NCBI RefSeq assembly: GCF_963676685.1
Contig: NC_092347.1
Coordinates: 62,992,001 to 63,056,000 of the forward strand
Source of the DNA: Mytilus edulis
Taxonomy: Eukaryota
Direction of reading: 5' to 3'
Length of the DNA: 64,000 bases
Of the stretch, positions 51,578-63,400 are shown piece after piece. Position numbers and translations under genes: made by a program. Below the pieces are notes generated by a model. It was not told the origin of the DNA and searched no databases. It was given only the letters and a program-made list of their open reading frames with translations. Position 1 is the first letter of the stretch, and each line of letters opens with the position of its first letter.

Positions 51578-51589
51578 GAAAAGCGAAAC
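51578..51589. promoter_or_regulatory. IRF-binding element-like motif upstream of the CH25H-like ATG
   Basis: GAAAAGCGAAAC matches the IRF-E consensus GAAAAGYGAAAS, 32-43 nt upstream of the start codon. Confidence 0.4.
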
Positions 51590-52678
51590 ACAGAATGTTA
51601 CGTCCCTCTTTCCCGGTCTTGGCTCCTAATCCTATCAAAGCAACATTGTAAATATAGTCCGTTTATACAAAACGAAGGATTATATTATAAATGTGTTATC
51701 ATATCAACAACACGCTTATTCAGCTTGAGGCACACACACAGGAAAATATCGATTGAATGATGAAGATATCAATTATCACTTGAGGATACTAAGATTTTTA
51801 AAAGGAAATTACTTTACAAAGTAACAAATACTACAAGACATTATTACTTCTCAATTAATTACAAACGGTTCATAAATTTCTTTAACAATAATATAATGAC
51901 TGTGTCAAATCTTTTGGTCGAGGTAATTATAAACAATAGACAAATACTATGTCTGATTTTTTACGATGTTTCGTACACACGTACGTAAATTGACACATGA
52001 GAATATACCAGTTTATAATTGTTTATAAATACCTTGACCAAACGATTTTGTGACAGATGCATGTGTCGACCAGTGTTTTATTTTACTATTATATATATTT
52101 ATGTATTTTGTATTTTTTTCGTCACAAGCTGTTATTTGGTATATGCTAAAGATTATTATTATGAATTTTCAAAAGATTACGATTTTGAAGAGTAGCTGAT
52201 CGTAGCTCAGGATCTGTCATAAACGCTTAATTAAAAATTACAAACAACTCAAAAGACATCTAGAGATCTATATGCGCTCTATATATCGCACAATCTCAAG
52301 GGTTGAATTGGGCATACAATAATAATAATACAATATTTTATTAAAGTGTCACCTATGGACATCCTTGCACTTCTGGGTCGAGCCTGGCAGTAATTAAATC
52401 GGGCGTCTATTTGTTGTAAAGAAAGTATTAATACCGCGGCAGACTCAGTCAAGTTCTCTGCACTTTAAAAAAATGCATTGCAACACTTTCAGGGGGTCCC
52501 TAGGTAACCTGTTACAATACAAAGTTTGCCTTATTCAGCATAACTTATTTCCATATGGTAGTTCAGATCCCGCTATAAACCCGAGTAAACATATTTTAAA
52601 AATTCTACCTATTGTTTTCATTATCAATTTGTTCTTGTTCTAAGTACACATAAATTAATTGTTTGTCACTGGACACTA

Positions 52679-53852
52679 ACTCAATCCAACCATCAATCTA
52701 AATCGCCCCGATTTTTGAACTGTATAATGAATAAATAGTATGTATAACTCAATCCAACCATCAATCTAAATCGCCCCGACTCTTGACCTGTATAATGAAT
52801 AAATAGTATGTATAACTCAATCCAACCATCAATCTAAATCGCCCCGACTCTTGAACTGTATAATGAATAAATAGTATGTATAACTCAATCCAACCATCAA
52901 TCTAAATCGCCCCGACTCTTGACCTGTATAATAAATAAATAGTATGTATAACTCAATCCAACCATCAATCTAAATCGGCCCCGACTCTTGACCTGTATAA
53001 GGAATAAGTATAACTCAATCCAACCATCAATCTAAATCGCCCCGACTCTTGAACTGTATAATGAATAAATAGTATGTATAACTCAATCCAACCATCAATG
53101 TAAATCGCCCCGACTCTTGACCTGTATAATGAATAAGTATTACTCAATCCAACCATCAATCTAAATCGCCCCGACTCTTGAACTGTATAATGAATAAATA
53201 GTATGTATAACTCAATCCAACCATCAATCTAAATCGCCCCGACTCTTGACCTGTATAATGAATAAGTATTACTCAATCCAACCATCAATCTAAATCGCCC
53301 CGACTCTTGACCTGTATAAGGAATAAGTATAACTCAATCCAACCATCGATCTAAATCGCCCCGACTCTTGAACTGTATAATGAATAAATAGTATGTATAA
53401 CTCAATCCAACCATCAATCTAAATCGCCCCGACTCTTGACCTGTATAAGGAATAAGTATAACTCAATCCAACCATCAATCTAAATCGCCCCGATTCTTGA
53501 ACTGTATAATGAATAAATAGTATGTATAACTCAATCCAACCATCAATCTAAATCGCCCCGATTCTTGAACTATATAATGAATAAATAGTATGTATAACTC
53601 AATCCAACCATCAATCTAAATCGCCCCGACTCTTGACCTGTATAATGAATAAATAGTATGTATAACTCAATCCAACCATCAATCTAAATCGCCCCGACTC
53701 TTGACCTGTATAATGAATAAGTATAACTCAATCCAACCATCAATCTAAATCGCCCCGACTCTTGACCTGTATAATGAATAAGTATAACTCAATCCAATCT
53801 TCAATCTAAATCGCCCCGATTCTTGAACTGTATAATGAATAAATAGTATGTA
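52679..53852 (+). repeat. Minisatellite, 18 units of 68 or 61 bp
   Basis: Unit ACTCAATCCAACCATCAATCTAAATCGCCCCGACTCTTGA(A/C)CTGTATAATGAATAA(ATAGTAT)GTATA, starting at 52679, 52747, 52815, 52883, 52951, 53013, 53081, 53142, 53210, 53271, 53332, 53400, 53461, 53529, 53597, 53665, 53726, 53787. Confidence 0.97.
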
Positions 53853-53893
53853 GACTATTTAAGATCTGTCATTTTACATAATATAAATATATA

Positions 53894-54815
53894 CTGCGTA
53901 TTTCTTCTCACAGACTAAGAATTGAACAAGGTCGCTATCAGGGTACTCTCAGACAAGACAGGATATGTCTCAGGTGCACCTCAAATGAAGTTAATGATGA
54001 AAAACATTTTTATTCTCTCATCTCAAGATTAGAGAAATTGTTTAAATTCCACTATTAGCTCACTATGCCCTAACTTTATGTATTTGATTCCTAGCCAAAA
54101 ACTGATATGGCTTCTTATTAAATGTAGAGAATCTTGATATCTTAATATCTGTCTGTGAGTTAGTTGATGAAGACAAAATATAACTTGAAAGATAAATATT
54201 TAAATCAGGCTTTCTGCACTAGGCACGAGGTTGGCATGGTGGGGTATAGGACACATCGTATAAGTTCTATTACCTTTCTGTTTGTGATATTTTTTTTTAT
54301 CAAACTGCTAATATTTTATCCTTTTCGTAATATGTGCACTTTGGAATGTCAATTAGCATTGTCCCTTGGTGCCTCTTGCAGTTGTGTCACTTTAAAAAGT
54401 AGTGACTCCTCTGCACCAGGCACGAGGATGACATACCAGTTATGTGCAACTTCTTACAATATTTTACCATATCATTAGTGTCCTGATACAGTTTAATATG
54501 CACCCACCATGCCATATAGCACCGTCCCTTGGTGCCTCCTGCAGTTCGGCTAGATATATTCGGCCTACTCACAGTGTTCCTTTTTGTTACTTTCTAGAGG
54601 TGTGCCTGAGACGAAGGTTTTATGTATACTCCTATATGTATATATACATATATATAATAATAATACATGAAGACTGTTGTCTCTTATTTGTGTTTGTGAC
54701 TATGTATACTGTATTGTTTATCATATTTGTAAAATAATAATATTGTAATGATATTATTATCATGCTCCTTGTGAGCCCATTTTATGGAAATAAAGAATTT
54801 CTTCTTCTTCTTCTT
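53894..54815 (+). mobile_element. 5'-truncated LINE 3' end (RTE-X-like ORF2 C-terminal zinc-finger region, 3' UTR, (CTT)n tail)
   Basis: Translates LRISSHRLRIEQGRYQGTLRQDRICLRCTSNEVNDEKHFLF, then frameshifted LCPNF...KLIWLL, stop near 54183. AATAAA at about 54789 followed by a (TTC)n tail. Clade assignment is from motif recall. Confidence 0.85.
54214..54544 (+). ncRNA. Candidate structured RNA element (two motif copies) in LINE 3' UTR
   Basis: Two copies each of CTGCA-nn-AGGCACGAGG and AGCAYYGTCCCTTGGTGCCT-nn-TGCAG, with extensive internal complementarity; see findings. Confidence 0.7.
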
Positions 54816-54992
54816 ATACTATCTGGTATCTATATGATGTCAATATATATGATTGATTGATTAGTGTTAAACTGCACTTTCGCCACTATTGTACTATTTC
54901 GTGGCGGTCAGTTTTTATTGGTGGAGGAAGCCGGAGTGCTCTGAGAGAACAAACGACCTTCGGCAGAAAAACTGACAAGTCGAGTCAAGTAA

Positions 54993-55251
54993 GGGAGCTA
55001 CCATTTGATTTTTATGGGGGGGGGGGGGGGGGGGGGGGGGGCTAGGATGAAATTTGAAAAATATAGGCAGGACAGGAGTTTTGAGTAAAAAAAAGGCAGG
55101 ATGAGACACTTGCAAAAAAAAAGGCAGGACCGAACAGATTGAAAAATAAAAAGGCAAGACAGAGATTACAGCTATAAAAAATGCAGGACAAAATGTTTCA
55201 TCCTAGCCCCCCCCCCCCCTTTTCTCCCATAAAAATCAAATGGTGGCTCCC
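54993..55251. mobile_element. PIF/Harbinger-like MITE with poly-G/poly-C tracts, inserted in a SINE
   Basis: TIRs GGGAGCTACCATTTGATTTTTATGGG / CCCATAAAAATCAAATGGTGGCTCCC, TAA target duplication, internal GGCAGGA repeats. Confidence 0.88.
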
Positions 55252-58172
55252 TAATATTGGACTTGAGCGCACCTGTCATGTGCGGAATTCGAACTCATAA
55301 TCTCAGTGTTGACAAGCTAATGATACAGTAGTTGAACTACTTAGACCATTCAATATAGTTTGTCCAAGCTACTACATATATTAGCTATGCGTGCGTTTGA
55401 CGCAATCTTGGAGATTTTTATAGACTCTAATTCGTTTACATTGTCAATTTTTAATCGGGATTGAAATTTTTCTCGTTATTTTTTTATGAACATGATAAAA
55501 AGGAAGAGAGCCCATGTTCCAATAGATCCTCTATGTAAACGACAACACCCCGTGGAGGGAATAACAGCATTATGCATTCTGCATATCATTTGCATAATTT
55601 AGAATAGACGATGATTCTCTTTCTATTAAATGGGATTACAAGGCGCATTAGCACAACATTAGAGATTATCTTAGAAAAAAACTCAATAAAATCAAACAGT
55701 TTACAAAATATGACCTAGATAATTTGGGAATTCAGTGGCATGTGTAACTTAATTGCAGACTGACCGGGCATCAAGAGACGCTGCAGTATGGCAAGGTGGG
55801 CGATGGAGGCACATTGCATTTGCATGGGGATGGACGATAGTAATTTATTTAATAAATATAATAGATGTACATACAACTGACAAGTCATCGTCGTGTATGT
55901 CTGATGCAAAATAACTCGTTTGGTGATCCAACTTGCATGATGCACCAAAGGACAATGCTAAAGGACATGTCCAATAGCACATAGTACCCAATACAAACTA
56001 ATTGGAATAATTATTTACGTCTGATTATAAATATACAAAAGAGCATATAGTAATATAATCAGATGTATCAGGGTACCACTTTGCCACCCTCTTGTCTAGT
56101 GTGCAGATAAGTTTAATTATAGATCTATAGTTTGTCTGAAGTCACCAATAAAATCACAGAAAAAAAATAAAAGTCAATACAAACTCTCAACAGCATAATT
56201 TCCCACGCAAATCTTTCATCCAATTTCAAAAAGCAGAGGCTGTTTTTTGGATGCCCCCCTCCCTTTTTGAGGGAAAATTATTTTGGTTGGTTGTATAAGA
56301 AATCAATGGAGCATAACGGGAGTCAATCAATTATGAAAATTTCTGGATCCGCCACTGTTAAGTATCGCATATTTTCTCACTTGACTATTTTCTCAGTCAT
56401 ATATAAAAGGGCAAATTGTCTAGGAATTAAAATAGTTTAAGTTTAGGATTTCGGGTTTTGAATGAATTAATATGTTTGCAGAAAAAAGGGTTTCGGCATT
56501 CCAGGAATAAACCAACCAAAAGTTCTGATAATGGAATGCTATTTATTAAACTGTTCAAACCACATGAGTAAGTTTGAAACTTGAAACTTTTGTTTCTCAA
56601 GACCCAGTCAGGGTATGTGAATATAAATCTAAACAGTATATTTCACCTGCTGATAAAGCACCTGCTAATATAGAACCCTCAGCTGGTGATACGGCACCTT
56701 TTACTGCAAATTTGATTTACCTCCCTTTGCCCATGACTTAAGTTTTCAGAGCTTACAACTATTAAAATTACGCTCTACCGTTTTAAATTTACTTTTCGAA
56801 ATTGATAATAATAAACTATTTTTTTTTTTGTAGCTTTGAACGTCTTGTTGTGTTAACCAGAGTCAAGTATTTACAGAAAAGGAATTAATATAGTTAAAAG
56901 TTTGTATTTTTAAGTGAAATTACATTGAAATGAAAATACGGTAAAACATTATATAATAACCTGTATGAATATTAATATTTGTGAGGTGCAAGGTGTATGA
57001 GAAATGTTTTTGAGAAACAATTTTAAAAGAACAATATTCAGATGCAAGAGACTGAAGGTGTCATAGCATTTATTCAATGTTTGATTATTGTGTTGATGAT
57101 ATACATGTATGTCATACACTTTAAAACATTGTCTTGTGATATGTTTGTGTAATATGTAATATATATATGCATACAAATGTTGAATAAAGGAAAAAAACAC
57201 AAATGAAAATGGTTTGATTCCACAGTAATTTGTCCGTTGTCATTTAAAATAAATTAATCATGGATTATAATTAGTTTAATTAGTTTATAGGGTTATGAAT
57301 GATCTTTACTCTCATAAACAATATGCATAGTTACAGATTACTGATACATATTAAAGATAAGATAAGATATTTTTATTCCAATGGAAGTGGCCATGAAGAA
57401 GACGATGTTTTATTACCATTAAAAAAAGCCTTGGAGCATAGTACAATATAAGACATTTAAAAAAAGATACAACAATATTTTAGTATACACACATAGAGAA
57501 GAAAAGGCAGTTTGAACATCATGAACAACACATATATAAATATAGTTATTAGATATATGAAGATTTGGTGTGAGTGCCAATAAGACAACTCTCAAATAAC
57601 AATTTAAAAAAAAATAAACCATTATAGGTCAATTCCCTTCTTACTCAACACTAAACAAAAAGATCATAAAATAAATTGGCAATGTATAGCAAAACCCACC
57701 AAAAAGCTGCATGGCAAGGTGGGAGACAGACCGGCTCACATGGTGTTATACATGAATGTAAAATATATAATTTGGTTATGATATTATGAGCAGATGTACA
57801 AACCTGGTATATATAAACCAGTAGTTTTAACCATGTGTATTTCGGATGCTCTTTCCACACCGGGAAAGGCACCTCCCAAACCTCCAAAGAAGTGGAAGGA
57901 TTAATAAATCTGACTTTTCCCACTGCAACACAATTTCCAGTTGAATATAGTATTACTTGAATGAATATGTTTAATATATTGAGGTAAGTACTTGGATGAT
58001 ATAATAGATCTAATGGTATTGTATCTATAGATTTGTAGAAAACAGGCCCAAGTTTTCAAGAAACAAATGTATTTCCAGTTTCGGTGTCCAACTAGTGAGG
58101 AACCAGTTAAGCGGTTTATTTACCCAAGAAACTGAAACCAGTTTCAATAGAGGCAAAAGACAATCTCCCACT

Positions 58173-60441
58173 ATGTCAAAGCAGGCCGAGCCACCACGTG
58201 AAAGACCTAAAGTTGGTGTTGGTGTATTTGTAACAAGTGAAGATCATCCAAACTGTGTTTTAGTAGGAATAAGAAAAGGCTCAAGTGGTAGCGGGAAGTA
58301 TGCATTGCCTGGTGGTCATTTAGAATTTGGGTAAATATATAAATTTATTGCTTTAGACAGGGATCCAGACTGGTAGGCATTCACATAATGAAGTCTCCCG
58401 TCTTGTATGGGAATAAAAGGAAGATTTCTGTACTTGCACAAAGTCTATCAGAGCTCCGGAAAAGCCAGTGTATATACCAAAATACAACAGATCATATGCA
58501 TATATACTTGACTGATTTTAAAAATAAATATAACCACGGATGACTATCTTGAGTTGTAAAATAGATAATAACTTTTCTCAATCCAATAACTTGCTGACGG
58601 AAAACCAAAACATTCAGGATCGAATTATGGTGTGGTGTCAAAATATTAATTACAGGCGCGGATCCAGAGGGGACGTTTTGGACGATCAATGCATTTGAAT
58701 GGGGACATGTAATTAGACCCCCCCCCCCTTTGTCCTGGGTTAGGAACCCCCCTTTTTAAAATGGCTGGATCCGCCTCTGCATTATATTCAGAAACTCGAT
58801 CGAAAAAAAAAATCAAAAATGAGAGGAGAAGACGTTACTAAGTTGTAAAACTTGTGTCTAATCCATTTGTCATTTTGAACAATAAATAATGTTTAAACTA
58901 CCCAAAAAATAAATGGAGAATGTGTCCCCATGGAAACAGATGATGCCCCCGCTTGCCATACAACATTATAAAGGGACATAACTCAAAAACGATAAAAACT
59001 GACGGTGATGCTATCCAAATTTGTACTTGATCAGGGTTTTGTGGTAATAAGAATATTGTGTATAGGTCTCATATTGTTTGGATGGGGCAAACTAAAGTTA
59101 CAGAACGGAACTTGAACTAATTTTTTTTTATTTATAAAGGACATCACTCGATAATCTTAAAGTGATAATGACCAACTTGATCTGTATTTTGTGGTGAAAA
59201 GCATTGTGTATAAGTTTCATAACATTCAATTCACTTAATTAAGTTAGACCACGGAAACTAAAATTTTTGCTTTGTTTTCCATTTGCATAGGGGCATAACT
59301 CTTGAATGATTAAAGTGATCCACCAAAATTCTAACTTGATCTGTATTTTGTGGTAATAAGCATTGTGTATAAGTTTCCTAACATTTGGTTGAGGCAAACT
59401 TAAGTTACAGAACGGAAACTAAAAAAAATAGCAATTTTTCCATTTATAAGGGGCATAACTCTACAACGGTTAAAGTGATCTACCAAAATTCAAACTTGAT
59501 CTGTGTTTGCTGGTAATAAGCATTGTGTATAACTGAAGTTTTATAACATCAATAGATATAGGGGTTTCAAATATCAAAGTTAAGGCACTCTGACCTTGAC
59601 CTTTGGCCGCTTTGATAGCACAATATTGTCGGATCTGTGTTCAGTGCATAACTTTTGTGCCGAAGCATTATTCTTGCCATTAGATTGACAAAACTCTGTA
59701 TGCAGAGGCATCATACCGAATTTGGTTTTGTTCCCATTGATGCAATTTTAAACATTGTCTGATTTGTGTACGGCGCATATACCTTTTGTACCGTAGTACT
59801 TAGATTGACAAAACTGTGTATACAGAAGAATCATTGGATCAGATCACGGTGTCAGATACCAAAATAAAATGATATTGACCCTTGACCCCTATCGTAGGGG
59901 TATAATTGTTCTCTCTAGAACTAATTAAGGTTTACTTTACCAAATTAAGTGTACATGATGCATTGTGTGAAGGTGAATTGTTAGTAAAAATAGGTCATTG
60001 TTCTTTCATGTCTTCACGACCTTTGAACCCCATATAGTTCATCAATTTTTAACTTGATCGAAAGCCAAAAATCTCAAAATGTCACTGTCTCAATACTGAT
60101 TTTCACAGCAACAACTAAAATGCATGTACGGGCGTATTAATCCCGCTATGCAGACAGCTCTACTTTGCACTGTTATAATAAATTGCAGAGAAGAATGGGA
60201 AGATTGTGGTTATAGAGAAACTATGGAAGAAACTGGATTACGGCTGAAGAATACTCGGTTTGCTACAGTAGTGAATGGAATCGTAGAAAAAGAAAACTAC
60301 CATTATGTAACATTGTTTGTACACGGAGAGGTAGACACAACTGTCCAATCAGAGCCTGTGAATCTGGAACCTGACAAATGTGAAGGTACTTAGGCCCAAA
60401 ACAAAAATAATACATGTATGTCTTAGGGAGCTACCATTTGA

Positions 60442-60473
<32 letters not shown>

Positions 60474-63400
60474 CTAGGATGAAAAATTTTGTCCTGCATT
60501 TTTTTTTAGTTGTAATCTCTGTCCTGCCTTTTTATTTTTCACTTTATTCGGTCCTGCTTTTTTTTTTTAGTTTATCCTGACTTTTTTTACATAAATTGTC
60601 ATCCTGACTTTTTTTTTTGCAAGTGTCTCATCCTGCCTTTTTTTTCTTCTCAAAACTCCTGTCCTGCCTATTTTTTCAAATTTCATCCTAGCCCCCCCAC
60701 CCCCCCTAAAAATCAAATGGTAGCTCCCTTACAACTAACGTGTTGGGAAAATATAGGGTATAGGTAGGTAGGCAATATCATCTTATTTTACAAACATTTT
60801 AAAGCTAGTTACTACTAGGGAATCTGTCTTACTTTAATTCAGTGCTTGGTTAAAAATGGAATAAAACGTGTTAGGGTAGACAATAAAAATTAGGGTAGGT
60901 AGGGTTAGCGGAACATATGTATATTTTTTTTTTGGCCTAAGTTAAAATAGCAATACACCAAAAGTGACGCTGTCGATCACTCGTATCATCATGAGCGTAT
61001 TTGCCCTGGATATATAAGATAAGATAAGATAAGATAAGATAAATTTTATTTTCCAAATTAGGTCCCCAGGGGGGCATATACACATAACATATATGATTGA
61101 TACAACATACAGTATTTTACGTAACATTGTAAAATAAACTATTGAAATAGTCATACAGGTATTATTTGTTAAATAAAAAAGTATTTGAGAGTTGCTACTC
61201 CAGAGATGTGGCAAACCCCATTTATTTATTTACTTTTTTTTTTCTCACTTGATTTTATAATATTTTGCTGAAAATGTATAAATATAAAATATAAAATAAA
61301 TGATTGTTTAGCTGCAACAGACACCAAGGGACGATGCTCTAGGATTGTGATCTTAAAAGCTCTAACAATCCTCCTCGTATCTGATGCAGAAAAACAAACA
61401 CAAATGAAAAAAGTTTATCTATATTCACAGCAAATAACTTATACTGCAGTAAACAGGTATTGAGAATAGTGTATGTTTCCCTACTGCAACAGACACCAAG
61501 GGGCGGTACTCAAGGAGCTGTGGTATTTACACAGTCCTCCTCGTGTCTGAAGCAGACAAGAAAGCCACATAATTAACAATTTTTCGAAATAAATTTACAT
61601 GCAGCTGTGAGAATAGACTTATCTTCTGTGTTCATAAGCCATATCAGTTTATCTCTTGCGTTAAGAGTTAAAAAGTTGGGGCAACTTTTAGTTATCTCTT
61701 GAAATAGATGATTGCGGTCATCATTAAATTTAACACATTGGAATAAAAAATGATATTCATCCTCCACATCTCCGGAGTTACAACGAGTACAAGTTCTGTC
61801 ATTTAGGAGAGTACCCTGATACCTTCCAGACTCAATTCTTAAGTGGTGTGATGAAATTCTGAGCTTTGTTAAGCTTATATATTTGCCTACTCGTAGACAG
61901 CAGTCTCTTCATGCGAATTCAGGTGTTGATTTGGTTAAGAAGCAAAAATATCAACAAAAAACAATTAACCACCAAATAACGAAACTGTGATAAAGAATGG
62001 CACATTTTATAAACATGTCTGTAGAAAAAAGATGGTACGATTAAGATTGGTAGGGAAAAGGCTTTTAAAACTGTCGCATATTATAAATTGTATACAAAAA
62101 AAATACCTTATAGTCATGATACTGTTAAATTTTGAAGAAGAAAAAAATGATTGATAGTGTTGAAAAACTAAATAAATATGTTCGCGCTCGTTTTGCGAAA
62201 GAAAAAAATCAACCCCTATAAGTTAATTTTTTGCTTAAGGTAGATTCCACATATCAAAATTTGCTGAACACGATTGCAAAACCATTGTTTTGAAATGGAA
62301 TAAGGAATCTCGGACAAATATATATTTACTGTACACGGTGACCAAAACTTTTAAACAGTCGTTTTAATCGGTCCTACTAAAAAGCGCCCGGGAAAAGAAA
62401 AAGCGCCCGGGGAAAGGAAAAAGCGCCCGGGAGAATAAAATAATAATATTTTATAACAATAATTTTTTTCCTTAAAAAAAATAAATAATCATTGCTTGTT
62501 TTGTCCTTTATATAAATGTGGATATGATGCCTGAAGTGTAATATTTTCGCAACTTCACGACAGGCGAGGATCCAGAGGGGGCTGGATCCGCCCCTGCACG
62601 GTGAACACTTTTTTATGCAGATGCGGATATACATTTATTATATCTTTTTTATGAAACTAAGACTGTTTCAATGGCTATGCTTATCAGGGTTTGAATGCTT
62701 ATTTTTAAATTTAAACCAAACTCCTGCTTTTTACCCCCTTGTTTTAACTACGGTACATGTATAGTACTGCTTTATTTGCTGATCTATTATGTGTAACTCT
62801 TAATTTTAATTTTGTTTAAATTAATATTTATCTGTTAAATTTAAGTTTTTTTTTACATTTTTCATTTTGATATCGTTTTTGAAAAACATGCCTTTAGATG
62901 TCTTACATTTTATAAATCTTCCGCATAAACTGTGATCCATTATTATCAGTCTTTCGAAATAGTATTTATAAATTATATTATTGTTAAAATTGAAACATTC
63001 ATACTTGTTTTATTACACACGTCTACTATCTGAATTTGAAAATTACTTTTCTAAAATAAAAAAAAAATATTGTGCATAACTTATTTCATCAACACAAAGT
63101 TGTCTCATGCCAATGAAATATCTATATATTTCCCCGGGCGCTATTTTTTCTTCCCCGGGCGCTTTTTCTTCACACGGGCGCTCCCGGGCGCATTTTAGTA
63201 GGACCCGTTTTAATGGCAATCAGGAACACTGTGAACCTATTGTATCTTCATAACCGATAGCAAGTATATGGGTGGGATTGTGGAAAGATTCTATGCACTT
63301 AGTTGGAATTAAGTACTCTAAAATTTCAAATGATCAATGTTGCGTTTTGATACATGTATGTTCTATTTTGGAACATCAACATTTTAGATGTCTTCATTTC

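Noticed and set aside
52679-53852. Regular repeat array that might suggest CRISPR
   Set aside because: No unique spacers, no cas genes, eukaryotic context; it is a head-to-tail minisatellite.
55016-55041. Long poly-G tracts here and near 30161, 40508, 46146, 48553 and 60448 as dedicated G-quadruplex elements
   Set aside because: Mostly internal to MITEs, and homopolymer length is unreliable in assemblies.
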